From positions 19,394 to 83,393 of IMG/VR virus record IMGVR_UViG_3300018432_000003: DNA of 64,000 bases, one strand, 5' to 3'. The position numbers were made by a program, and so were the translations under genes. Origin of the DNA: a virus. Lineage: Duplodnaviria; Heunggongvirae; Uroviricota; Caudoviricetes. Every line of letters starts with the position of its first letter. Positions within the stretch are counted from its first letter, which is position 1. Shown here in pieces: positions 53,079 to 62,025 of this stretch. Under the pieces are notes generated by a model that saw only the letters and a program-made list of their open reading frames with translations, was not told where the DNA came from and did not search any database.

Positions 53079-53595
53079 AGCAGAACTGCTTAGTGACTGG
53101 CTGGAGCTATTACGCTCCGGCCAGTACGAGCAGACACGTGGAGAACTACACAACAGGCAGGGTTATTGCTGCCTTGGGGTTGCAGCCGAAGGGTTGTTCA
53201 ACGTCGAGTGGGAATTTGACAGCACTAATGAGTGGTACGAGTACCAGGATGGCGAAGAGTACGCCTGCGACAACACCCTGATTCCGTCACACGCAGAGGC
53301 TATGGGTCTTGACCAGGACATTGGTTTCGATGAACTCGAAGTGTACAACGGCATAGTCAAGTACATCGCGCAGGACTGGAACGAGGAAGAGCAGCACGAC
53401 CTCTTCGACGCCGTGTTTGGTCTGGTAGCCGGGGCGTCAAGAGAGAACTACCTGATACACCTTAACGACCACGGGTTCTCTTTCAAGGATATCGCAATGT
53501 TCGTACAGCTTGCGGGTTGGATACCGGAGGCGAGAGCACAGGAACGCATTGCAGAGTTGGAAGCATTCACACAAGAGATAGAAGGGAAGGTATAA
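53068..53595 (+). CDS. hypothetical acidic protein, possibly a divergent copy of the 15.8-kb paralogous domain
   Basis: ATG 53068 overlapping ssb end; LELLRSGQYEQTRGELHNRQGYCCLGVAAEG. Confidence 0.4.
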   Translation, partial: SRSKAELLSDWLELLRSGQYEQTRGELHNRQGYCCLGVAAEGLFNVEWEFDSTNEWYEYQDGEEYACDNTLIPSHAEAMGLDQDIGFDELEVYNGIVKYIAQDWNEEEQHDLFDAVFGLVAGASRENYLIHLNDHGFSFKDIAMFVQLAGWIPEARAQERIAELEAFTQEIEGKV

Positions 53596-53975
53596 TGACA
53601 CCAGCAGAGAAGATTGCAACCCTCTTGGACGAGGTACGTCCGAACTGGTACAACGAAGTTGACCTGAAAACCCTGGACATGGACAACAGCCAGGAGTGTC
53701 TCATGGGCCAGCTTTACGGCCAGTACAATGTCGGCATGCATGCAGTCGGCCTGAATGTTAAGGACGGCGAGGCGTACGGCGTGTGTGTGAGTGATGTGGA
53801 GTCTACGGACCCGAACACCACTGACGACATGCTGGAGGCATACTTCGATGCCGAGAATGAGCGCCTGATGTTTGCCATCGCTGACGAGGTAAACGCTCGC
53901 CGTAGGTTCGACGCTGAGGTTGATTCCATGAGAGCCGAGGAACGAGAGCTTGAGTTGGTGGCTGAGTATGCCTGA
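53595..53975 (+). CDS. hypothetical protein carrying the paralogous W.N.VDL.TLD...C.LGQLYG.Y..G domain
   Basis: PNWYNEVDLKTLDMDNSQECLMGQLYGQYNVGMH; GGTATAATG at start. Confidence 0.45.
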   Translation: MTPAEKIATLLDEVRPNWYNEVDLKTLDMDNSQECLMGQLYGQYNVGMHAVGLNVKDGEAYGVCVSDVESTDPNTTDDMLEAYFDAENERLMFAIADEVNARRRFDAEVDSMRAEERELELVAEYA

Positions 53976-54225
53976 GAAGGTAGACATCCTAGATGCCCAA
54001 GAAGAATCCCAGGAGAAGTGGACTGAACTAGATACTCGCAGGCTTGTCCATCGGAATAGGATTAATAAGGTCACTGACTTGGTGGAGGACCTATCGTTCG
54101 CACTGAAGCAGGACTTCTACTACGACGAGGACGTTCGCGGTACTGCTTACGACGCACTGAAACTGATTGACGACATAGAGGGTAGACTGGATGACATACG
54201 GGCGGAGGTATTCGCCCAAGTATAA
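53971..54225 (+). CDS. hypothetical coiled-coil protein
   Basis: ATG 53971 (track 53950). Confidence 0.4.
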   Translation, partial: PEKVDILDAQEESQEKWTELDTRRLVHRNRINKVTDLVEDLSFALKQDFYYDEDVRGTAYDALKLIDDIEGRLDDIRAEVFAQV

Positions 54226-54313
54226 TCATGGCCCCCCTTCCTTCTGTGCCCTGCCAGCATGACACCGCTCCCTCTCTACGCTGGCGGGGCACACTTTCAT
54301 GTGAAAGGAGAAT

Positions 54314-54520
54314 GTGAATACCAAGTACAGGGGATTGATATTCCTAGAGAACGGCAAGACCATCGAGATGCTGTCTCATGAGGAAATCAAGAAGCACACT
54401 GCAAAGGAGTTGAACAGCGACTTCGACTGGTACTACTACAAGTACGAAGGGCAGAGTATAACCGTTAAGGTGCGACCAGAGAGCGTGCAGGCTGTGATAC
54501 AGAATGTGAGGGAAGAATGA
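54314..54520 (+). CDS. hypothetical protein (68 aa)
   Basis: AAAGGAGAATG SD. Confidence 0.45.
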   Translation: MNTKYRGLIFLENGKTIEMLSHEEIKKHTAKELNSDFDWYYYKYEGQSITVKVRPESVQAVIQNVREE

Positions 54521-54792
54521 ACATAACAGCAGGGGAGAAGGTAACACTTAACCCCAAGAATAGGGACGAGAGGATTGCGCTTAGGGTGGCTGCATTCCTT
54601 CTCGGTAGTGAGAAGTTGCAAACCCTAGTTGACAAGTACACAGGGAAGGGAGAGGGTACTGCCGACAGCGCCACTCATGACCCTAATGAGCCTATCCCTA
54701 GGGACAAGTTCCTAGACTTCTTCAACGAAGAGTCCGAGTTTGCCGATGTAATGGTGGTATTCAGAGATAGGAGGGACCATGCCAAGAACTGA
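54517..54792 (+). CDS. hypothetical protein (91 aa)
   Basis: ORF. Confidence 0.45.
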   Translation: MNITAGEKVTLNPKNRDERIALRVAAFLLGSEKLQTLVDKYTGKGEGTADSATHDPNEPIPRDKFLDFFNEESEFADVMVVFRDRRDHAKN

Positions 54793-54970
54793 CAGGAAGG
54801 TTGAGGACGAGTTCGCGTTCCTTGTTAGACAGTGGTTGAAGCGTAAGAAGTACACTGACGACGCCCGTGATAAAGGTGACCACGCTGAGTTGGACACCCA
54901 GGTGAGGCGTCTGAAGGACACTGCACGCAGGATGAAGGCCATGCTGGAAGGCAAGCGAGTATTGCGATGA
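54779..54970 (+). CDS. hypothetical basic protein (63 aa)
   Basis: ORF. Confidence 0.4.
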   Translation: MPRTDRKVEDEFAFLVRQWLKRKKYTDDARDKGDHAELDTQVRRLKDTARRMKAMLEGKRVLR

Positions 54971-55149
54971 CGAACCGGCAGAAGATTGCAGGGTTCTTGC
55001 GTTGGCTTGAGAATAAGAAGTGGATTGAACTCGTTGAGATGATGAACGAGTACGGTGAGGAAGGTAATATAAAGAGGACCTACGACACGGACGAGGTGAT
55101 GGAATTGTACGAAGAGTACTTGGAAGATATGGCGGGGTTCAACGTATGA
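54967..55149 (+). CDS. hypothetical protein (60 aa)
   Basis: ORF. Confidence 0.4.
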   Translation: MTNRQKIAGFLRWLENKKWIELVEMMNEYGEEGNIKRTYDTDEVMELYEEYLEDMAGFNV

Positions 55150-55910
55150 AGTACACATTGCGTTGGTCCATCATAATCCTGTTCATCGTAGCTATGGCCC
55201 TCCTGCTGACTAACGTAGCGTCAGCTAAGGAGTGGGGTCAGTTCGACGTTACGAATGCAGGACAGATTGCCAAGGTGTGGGAACACACTAGGTACGACGA
55301 GGCGTGGAACAAGACCAGGAAGCAGTTGAACAACCTTGCGCGTGAGCGCGGTGTTACATTCAACGAGCAGGGTCATAGGGGAACCCCCGGTATCGCGTAC
55401 GAAGTTGAAATCAAGGATGCCCTCCTTGTCATGGGCATCGGTGGTACTGACTACAATCACATATTCTGTGAGGATGGCAAGTGCCGTTCTTGGTCAACCG
55501 TCACGATAAGTACTAGGTACCCTGGTCAGCTTCCCACTATGCGACACGAGTTAGGTCACGTACTGTCAGCCCCACACCACAGGTGCAGGGTCCACACTGT
55601 CATGGTTGGTGCCCCTTACGTACCATGCACTGGCGTCAACAACCGAGAGTCATATTACACTAGGCACGACAAGCGTGACTACGCAGAGAACAGGCGTGAA
55701 GGAGTGTACGACGACCGACTCGGACTTAGAGTGTCAGGTGTGAGCATGGAGGCGTCAAACCTATCGGAAGCTAAGGAGATTGCATACTTCCACAGTAATG
55801 CAGACTACGTAACTGAGACAAAGAAAAATGGTGGCACCCTGTTAACCATGAAGTACATCCCCCACAATGGGTTGGACAGACTTCACGAGAGTACAGAGCA
55901 CCACCACTAA
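55146..55910 (+). CDS. secreted zinc metalloprotease-like protein (signal peptide + HExxH)
   Basis: Signal peptide MKYTLRWSIIILFIVAMALLLTNVASA; zincin motif HELGHVLSAPHH; last gene of the + block. Confidence 0.5.
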   Translation: MKYTLRWSIIILFIVAMALLLTNVASAKEWGQFDVTNAGQIAKVWEHTRYDEAWNKTRKQLNNLARERGVTFNEQGHRGTPGIAYEVEIKDALLVMGIGGTDYNHIFCEDGKCRSWSTVTISTRYPGQLPTMRHELGHVLSAPHHRCRVHTVMVGAPYVPCTGVNNRESYYTRHDKRDYAENRREGVYDDRLGLRVSGVSMEASNLSEAKEIAYFHSNADYVTETKKNGGTLLTMKYIPHNGLDRLHESTEHHH

Positions 55911-55918
55911 TATACCTC

Positions 55919-55973
55919 GTAGGACTGTACATGGGGCGGCATGGCAAGTACTGACCCACACGTACAGTCCTAC
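55919..55973. terminator. bidirectional terminator-like hairpin between convergent + and - blocks
   Basis: Perfect 12-bp inverted repeat GTAGGACTGTAC ... GTACAGTCCTAC with 31-nt loop, lying between the stops at 55910 (+) and 55991 (-). Confidence 0.4.
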
Positions 55974-55990
55974 CCCCTTCTATCTATCTG

Positions 55991-56221
55991 TTACCTCCTC
56001 GGCGGACGCCACAGATTCTCCGGCTCCTGTGAGCCTTCCAAGAATTTTCTAACAGTCTGTCTACTGTACACGAACTGTCTCACTGCCCCGAATCCACCAG
56101 CTAGTACGAACGCCTCTACGATGAACGATACGGCCTCATACTGCTCTGGAACCAGGGTGAAATTGAGTAGTGTCAAGACAGCCGTGATAACACCCATGAT
56201 TAGGGCTGCTTCCTTGTTCAT
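55991..56221 (-). CDS. small membrane protein (2 TM; holin-like)
   Basis: ALIMGVITAVLTLLNFTLV and FIVEAFVLAGGFGAV. Confidence 0.4.
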   Translation of the reverse strand: MNKEAALIMGVITAVLTLLNFTLVPEQYEAVSFIVEAFVLAGGFGAVRQFVYSRQTVRKFLEGSQEPENLWRPPRR

Positions 56222-56289
56222 GTATAATCCTTTCGTTAAAAAGTGTGTGGGGGAAGGCCACAGCTTCCCTCCCCCACGGTAAAGGTAGT

Positions 56290-56526
56290 TTACGCGAAGT
56301 ACGCTGCTTCTCCTGAGAGCGGTGCAGGGTATCCCTTCGCCGCCTCATCCAAGCGGTTCTCCAGTGAAGCACTGAATACGCCTGCGTCACGTAGTGATGC
56401 CGCCTCTGCCGGGGTTACGTAAACTGCTACACGCCCCTCAGCAGCACTTAGGTTACCCTTGTCCACATTCTTGCTGAACGTATGGGTACCCGCTACGTTG
56501 AAGTTCTGGTTTGGTCTATTAGCCAT
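56290..56526 (-). CDS. hypothetical protein (78 aa)
   Basis: ORF in late leftward operon. Confidence 0.4.
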   Translation of the reverse strand: MANRPNQNFNVAGTHTFSKNVDKGNLSAAEGRVAVYVTPAEAASLRDAGVFSASLENRLDEAAKGYPAPLSGEAAYFA

Positions 56527-56577
56527 GTTCTACCTCCTTCCTATTCACTATGCATAGTGTACAATTGCTGTGGTGGG

Positions 56578-57276
56578 TTAGTTATTGCCTGCGATGAATG
56601 GTGAGTCAACTTGGAAGTGACCGTGGTCAAGGTGACGTGACGGCACTAGTGCCTGAGAGCCACCACTCCACTGGCGACGGATAGGCTCGTAATCGAACCA
56701 ACCCTGCCCGTGGTTCATCCAGTTCCACCATATGATGTAGTTAAGGTTGAGCTTACCCCAATTACGGAGTGCCCAATTAACTAGCCTGTCGCCCGCATTC
56801 TCTTCTGCATTGTTAGCCTTCTGGCCGAACTTGCTGACCATCGCATCAATGCCGAACTTGATACCAGTCGTGCCGTGACCGATGTAGGTTGCGCACACAA
56901 TCGGCCTACCACTCTTGCTCTGCGCCTTGCGCCTGATAAGCCCAACAGTACGCCTAGTTCTGTCGTGCCACGCATGACCGTTCCTAGCCCCCGCGTAGGG
57001 AGGCCAGCCAGTCGGCGTAGAGTCAGGTAGGATAATCTTCCTTCCCACCTTGAACGATGCCGTCAGGTTTACCTCCGCATCCTCGCCAGTTATTGCACCT
57101 ACGAGGTTCTCAGCGGCGTCAGTGAGGGGGTTCTCTAATATAGGGTCGGCAGGCTCAAGACCCACCTGGATTGCCTTCTCACTGTCAGGGATGTGGTCGA
57201 ATACTTCGATGTTGTTCTTGTCAATGAAGTCTAGTACAACTTCCTTGTCCGGGAATGCTCCACAGATATTACTCAT
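56578..57276 (-). CDS. putative peptidoglycan endopeptidase (M23/LytM-like HxxxD ... HxH motifs)
   Basis: HAWHD ... HLDHGHF; adjacent to GH25 muramidase; assignment tentative. Confidence 0.4.
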   Translation of the reverse strand: MSNICGAFPDKEVVLDFIDKNNIEVFDHIPDSEKAIQVGLEPADPILENPLTDAAENLVGAITGEDAEVNLTASFKVGRKIILPDSTPTGWPPYAGARNGHAWHDRTRRTVGLIRRKAQSKSGRPIVCATYIGHGTTGIKFGIDAMVSKFGQKANNAEENAGDRLVNWALRNWGKLNLNYIIWWNWMNHGQGWFDYEPIRRQWSGGSQALVPSRHLDHGHFQVDSPFIAGNN

Positions 57277-57278
57277 GA

Positions 57279-57950
57279 TTACCCCGCAATACGGTCGAGT
57301 GCTGCCTTGTCGAATGTGTAGTTCACGTCAACGTAGAGGTTTGACACCTTACCAGTGCTGGTGAACTGACCCATAACCCTCGGCGGTGGCTCATTACCAC
57401 CGAACCATGAAGTGCGCTTCCACCAAGCCTCTAAGTTACGGAAGTACTTCTTCGGTGCGTTGTGCTTCTTCATGTCAGCGTAGTGTGCGCTCCAGATGCC
57501 GTCAACGCCATACTGTGAGGCGTCACCACTCGGGTCGCCACCCTCCCAGAACCCTGGTCCACTGTAGAGTAGGACCTTCTTGCCTGGGAACCTCTTCTTC
57601 ACGCTCGCAACGAACCTCTTCAACTGTGAGTTGCTTGGGGTCTTGTGCGGTGCGTTGTTGTACTCTTCGAAGTCTACGATTAGGACGCGGCCTTTAGCGC
57701 CACCTACCTTACGCACTTGCTTCTCGAAGTTCGCAGCCTGCCTGATTGGGTCGCTGTTAGTCAGGAAGTGGTAGTAACCTACGTACTTGAACTTCTGCTT
57801 CTTGATTCTACGTACGAAGAACCTCAACCCTTTCGGGATGTATCCAGTGCCTTCCGACACCTTAACGAATACGAAGTCGTAACCTTCCCTCTTAACGCCC
57901 TTGAACCTCAATAGCAATTGATATACTGGATGTACGTCAATGCCAAACAT
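57279..57950 (-). CDS. GH25-family muramidase (lysozyme)
   Basis: FGIDVHPVYQ ... YDFVFVKVSEGTGY ... typical GH25 N-terminus. Confidence 0.65.
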   Translation of the reverse strand: MFGIDVHPVYQLLLRFKGVKREGYDFVFVKVSEGTGYIPKGLRFFVRRIKKQKFKYVGYYHFLTNSDPIRQAANFEKQVRKVGGAKGRVLIVDFEEYNNAPHKTPSNSQLKRFVASVKKRFPGKKVLLYSGPGFWEGGDPSGDASQYGVDGIWSAHYADMKKHNAPKKYFRNLEAWWKRTSWFGGNEPPPRVMGQFTSTGKVSNLYVDVNYTFDKAALDRIAG

Positions 57951-57960
57951 GCTTACCTCC

Positions 57961-58656
57961 TTATGCTGCTCTCGTCTGTACTGCCGTCACTGCCTCAAAT
58001 TGTCCGAAATTCCACAGTGCCTTCAATCCATTCAAAGACATGTAGAAGCTGCCGCCATCACCGTAGTCGTCACCCCAACTGTTCTGGAAGTAGTACCTGT
58101 TCTGCTCATCCTTCCCATACAGTAGGTAGCAGTGCCCACCACGGACCCCACTGTTGACATCCACTTGCACGAAGTTGCTGGAAGTCAGTGTGTCCATGCT
58201 CCTGTACCAGTTGCTTGCGACTACGACTGGTCCTTTAGTGAGCAACCATGCATCTAACTCGTCGAGGCTCCTAGCCCACAAGTATGTGTCCAAGAGGAAC
58301 CTCTCAAGCATGGTCTTAGCGCCAGCCCTCACACTGGTTCCTTCATAGTCAGTCCCAGGCCATGCATCATTCTCCTGCGCACGCCTGTATATGCCGAAGC
58401 AGTACGTGTTGTCAACCTGATTCATGTACCCTTTAGGCTTGCAGTTGTGCCAGTTACCCCAACCGAACCCAACGCAGGCACCCTCCCTACCTTGGTCGGT
58501 GGAATCCCCTCGCTCCCACACTGTGGCGTCAGGTACCTCAATTACATCATTAAGGTTGTCACCCATAGTGAATAGTGCATCTCTACTGTCTTTATGAGGA
58601 AAGTGGCCTAACCCTTTACTCATGTGACCTCCTGTTGTTAATGAAGTTACGTACAA
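57961..58656 (-). CDS. papain-like cysteine peptidase (C1 family)
   Basis: QGREGACVGFGW (Q ... C), GGHCYLLYG (His), NSWGDDYGDGGSFYM (Asn-Ser-Trp-Gly). Confidence 0.6.
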   Translation of the reverse strand: MYVTSLTTGGHMSKGLGHFPHKDSRDALFTMGDNLNDVIEVPDATVWERGDSTDQGREGACVGFGWGNWHNCKPKGYMNQVDNTYCFGIYRRAQENDAWPGTDYEGTSVRAGAKTMLERFLLDTYLWARSLDELDAWLLTKGPVVVASNWYRSMDTLTSSNFVQVDVNSGVRGGHCYLLYGKDEQNRYYFQNSWGDDYGDGGSFYMSLNGLKALWNFGQFEAVTAVQTRAA

Positions 58657-58939
58657 TCTTAATCCACCCTAGGGTTATGAATGTGCTGTACAGTGCGTTA
58701 GTGAACCACACTGACCAAAACATAGTCTCCGGCAGACTGTTTGCGAGCGCACCACCAAGGAAGCTGACGCCTCCCCAGAAGAGTGCAATCCCAAGTGCCC
58801 CGAATGCCCCGACGAGTAAGACCCTATCAAAGAAGTCCGTCGTTTCAGGTGGCTCTTTCTGCATGATTACGAAAATCAGCAGTATTAACGTCAGCGTTGC
58901 CCCAATCAACAACAGACCCGTAATTGATAGTCCTACCAC
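58616..58939 (-). CDS. holin-like membrane protein (3 TM)
   Basis: LSITGLLLIGATLTLILLIFVI, VLLVGAFGALGIALFWGGVSFLGGAL, LYSTFITLGWIKIV. Confidence 0.5.
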   Translation of the reverse strand: MVGLSITGLLLIGATLTLILLIFVIMQKEPPETTDFFDRVLLVGAFGALGIALFWGGVSFLGGALANSLPETMFWSVWFTNALYSTFITLGWIKIVRNFINNRRSHE

Positions 58940-58943
58940 GCGC

Positions 58944-59453
58944 TCATCCCCTCTCTATAATGTCCTTACAACGCTTGTCAGATAGTGGTAGTACCTTTAT
59001 GGTTTCGTCACCGACCTCATTAATGTTCTGGTAAGTCGGTACGACGTAGAACATCCTCCCATCTAGTTTACCCTGCAACCCGAAGTGGTAAACCCCAGGC
59101 TCCAACGGTGCTGACCTCACGGCAACTGATGACTTGATTGTTCTAGGGTACGGCTCCAAGTCAAGAGGCTCATACTCCCATGAATCAACCACTTCCTCGT
59201 TCTCGTTCAGCATCAATGCAGCCCCTTCCTCCAGGTGACCGATGCTGTAAGGACCACTACGCACCTCAGACACGTAGCTGCTGTCGAACGCCTCCAGCGG
59301 ACATACTTCCGGGGGTACGTTCTTCCACCCGTAGAACTCGAATGGATGGTATGGGGTTATGAACCCCGCCAACGATATTGCGAACACTAGAACCGCAAGG
59401 GTTATCCCGTATGCATTGAATCTAACGTACCAAGGCTGTTCCTTCAAAGCCAT
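58944..59453 (-). CDS. membrane-anchored protein (N-terminal TM)
   Basis: GITLAVLVFAISLAGFI. Confidence 0.45.
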   Translation of the reverse strand: MALKEQPWYVRFNAYGITLAVLVFAISLAGFITPYHPFEFYGWKNVPPEVCPLEAFDSSYVSEVRSGPYSIGHLEEGAALMLNENEEVVDSWEYEPLDLEPYPRTIKSSVAVRSAPLEPGVYHFGLQGKLDGRMFYVVPTYQNINEVGDETIKVLPLSDKRCKDIIERG

Positions 59454-59719
59454 TAACTACCACCACCTATCCAAAGTGACAGAACGACCGAAAGTACCGT
59501 CAGGACTAGGTTGGACCCCATCACAGTGAATATAAGTTTCCAGGCGTACTCCCTCTTGTCCCACTTCAACATGAATTCCTTCACGATAGCCATGTCTTTC
59601 ACTAGGCCAGCGTGGTTAATCTGCGCATCACCGAAAACCGCCTGTTCAATCCTCTGCACTGCGCCCCACGCCTCGATGAGCGTAGGTTCTTTTCTTTGCT
59701 CACTCATCGACATCCACAT
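59453..59719 (-). CDS. small C-terminally anchored membrane protein (holin/antiholin-like)
   Basis: LIFTVMGSNLVLTVLSVVLSLWIGG. Confidence 0.4.
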   Translation of the reverse strand: MWMSMSEQRKEPTLIEAWGAVQRIEQAVFGDAQINHAGLVKDMAIVKEFMLKWDKREYAWKLIFTVMGSNLVLTVLSVVLSLWIGGGS

Positions 59720-59722
59720 CCT

Positions 59723-60151
59723 TTACCAAACTATTGCTGCTATGTTCTCCAAGGTTAGGGGCGGTCTACCGTTCCTACCGAGGTCATTAAGTGCATTAGT
59801 CTTGTTGATGAAGTTGGTCCTCGCTGCCGTCACTGCAACTGTTCTAGGGTCTGACTTGAACTCAAAGTACAACACTAGCCCGACAGCTATCTGCGTACCA
59901 TACTGAGTGTCCCAGACGTTTTGGAATGCAGCCTCCAGTTCTTTCTGCTTCCGCTGCTTTGCCACGGGTACAGCTTGACCGTCTGCCCAAGCCTGTAGTG
60001 CCTCGTAACTAGCGGGTCTAGGCCCAAGTAAAGTCTCATTCCATAGTATAATCTCTAGGTTACCATCCCCGTCCTCGTCATCGAAACTAAAATCTACCCC
60101 AGGAATTGCTTCCGGGTGCTGCATCTTTATCACTGTTCCTATGTCAACCAT
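59723..60151 (-). CDS. hypothetical protein (142 aa)
   Basis: ORF. Confidence 0.45.
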   Translation of the reverse strand: MVDIGTVIKMQHPEAIPGVDFSFDDEDGDGNLEIILWNETLLGPRPASYEALQAWADGQAVPVAKQRKQKELEAAFQNVWDTQYGTQIAVGLVLYFEFKSDPRTVAVTAARTNFINKTNALNDLGRNGRPPLTLENIAAIVW

Positions 60152-62025
60152 TATATTACGTTATCTCCTAAGTACGTTATCATTAACCTACATGCCGTCA
60201 CTGTTCTCAAGGCGGACTCACTCGTGTTTGCACACCTTACGAATATCCTGTGACCGACTCCACCAGACGCCTCGATACCCTGCAACGGCAACTGTATGCT
60301 GCCGCTAATACCACCATCACCGCTGATTGCCGGGGCTATCTGAGATGCCAACTGGTACTCGGTGTTCACACCTGAAAGCTGAGAACGTATGTACAGGATT
60401 AGCCTGTTATTACCGTCAACACCTGATAGGGTCCACAGTACGTTACTTGATATCAAGTACAGTCCCTTGCGGTATATCTGTACGTAGTTCACTGAGGACA
60501 TGTTCTGCGAGCCACCGAAGTTGTAGTCATACACCATCGTGTCAAGGTTGATGGTACCTGTCACACCATTACCTATGTTCTGATTAGTGCTCTGCCGTAC
60601 GTGTACCGCTGGTGTTATCTCAATCTGCCCGAACTCTAGCTCGTTACGTGCTATGTTCGGTATACTGTACTTCGAAGGTGCAGTGCTGATAGGGTCTACT
60701 TCCTCCACCATGTAGTTGTCTACCCGCATGGTGTTGGTAGTACCAGAGCCTATTGTCCTGCGACCCTTAGCCTCCAGGCGGGGTCCTATTGCACCTACAG
60801 TAGAGTCTGACGCTATTGCATCGTGCTGGAACTTCACGAACACACGCTTGCTCTCTCCAGGGTCCAACGATACTTCCGCACCAGTGGCCTTCACTTGCCA
60901 CGTGCCGGTCCTAGTGTTGATGTCCGATGCATTGTCCGCAGTACCTACACGAATCTGTGCGTACTGCCTGTTAGCCGTCTGCAAGTTCGTAACGTATACC
61001 GACGCAATGTACCACTGTCCTGGTTTCAACCTGTCTGCGGTAGGATTATTGGAGGTCGTACCTATATTAGAGGCTGGTGTCCACCAAGCATTATCTCCGT
61101 TCGCCAGGAAGTAATAACCTAGACCGTTAGTGGTACCGTTTACAGTACCCTGAGCCACACCGTTTACTGTGATAGGACCCTCGAATGCTGCCAGTGATGC
61201 CTTACTGAACGGTAGTACGTTGGCACCCTCACCGAAGGCAAGCTGTGCTGGTGTCAACTCACCCGCACGTGGGGTCGGTGCCGCATACTTGCTCGGGAAG
61301 CTGCGACTGTCATTCACAATCTCAAGCATGTTCCAGTTGTACCCTGTGTACGGGTACTGAATTATATCGTACAGTATCCTGTGATGTATCCTAATCCAAG
61401 GCTTGCCAATCGGTACCGTAAACTTTGCATATATCCTAGCCTGATTCCCTGCTTTACCCTCCAGCGGGGTTAGTCCTGCGGGGGTATTAGTGTTAGTGAA
61501 GATGTTACTGTTGCCAGCACCAGCAGCATCACTAGCCGCCTGCACCCTCAAACCAAGGTATCTGGTTGCACTATTATCATCCCACGGTGGTACTATTGCA
61601 CTGTAACTGTAGATGTACGTCTGACCTTCAACCAACTTTATGTATGCATCTGTTAGTTTATCCAAGTACGGTAGGTGGAATGTAGCAGGGTCACCACCGG
61701 CAGGGTCTACGACAAGCATGTTGAACCCTAGTGTATTCTCAACCCACGAGTCTCCCTCACCACCAGTGTCGTACAGCACGTCAAAGTCGTCAGGGTAACC
61801 TTCATACTCAGCCCACTTTGCAGGGAGTAGGTTTGGACTCATCCCGTTAGGGAGGTACTCCTGCCCAACAGCACCTTCCTCTGCGAACGTACCGTAACGC
61901 ACCTCGTTAATACGCCTGTCTGCACCGACGGCCTGCTGCACAGCCTCCGCCATCGCACGACCACCTAACTCCTGCTGTACCATCTCTTTAATAGAGCTAC
62001 CAGAACCCCTACGTCTACCCATCAC
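60151..62025 (-). CDS. tail fibre / receptor-binding-like structural protein (624 aa)
   Basis: Large Gly/Thr/Asn-rich ORF upstream of lysis genes; beta-rich composition. Confidence 0.45.
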   Translation of the reverse strand: MMGRRRGSGSSIKEMVQQELGGRAMAEAVQQAVGADRRINEVRYGTFAEEGAVGQEYLPNGMSPNLLPAKWAEYEGYPDDFDVLYDTGGEGDSWVENTLGFNMLVVDPAGGDPATFHLPYLDKLTDAYIKLVEGQTYIYSYSAIVPPWDDNSATRYLGLRVQAASDAAGAGNSNIFTNTNTPAGLTPLEGKAGNQARIYAKFTVPIGKPWIRIHHRILYDIIQYPYTGYNWNMLEIVNDSRSFPSKYAAPTPRAGELTPAQLAFGEGANVLPFSKASLAAFEGPITVNGVAQGTVNGTTNGLGYYFLANGDNAWWTPASNIGTTSNNPTADRLKPGQWYIASVYVTNLQTANRQYAQIRVGTADNASDINTRTGTWQVKATGAEVSLDPGESKRVFVKFQHDAIASDSTVGAIGPRLEAKGRRTIGSGTTNTMRVDNYMVEEVDPISTAPSKYSIPNIARNELEFGQIEITPAVHVRQSTNQNIGNGVTGTINLDTMVYDYNFGGSQNMSSVNYVQIYRKGLYLISSNVLWTLSGVDGNNRLILYIRSQLSGVNTEYQLASQIAPAISGDGGISGSIQLPLQGIEASGGVGHRIFVRCANTSESALRTVTACRLMITYLGDNVI

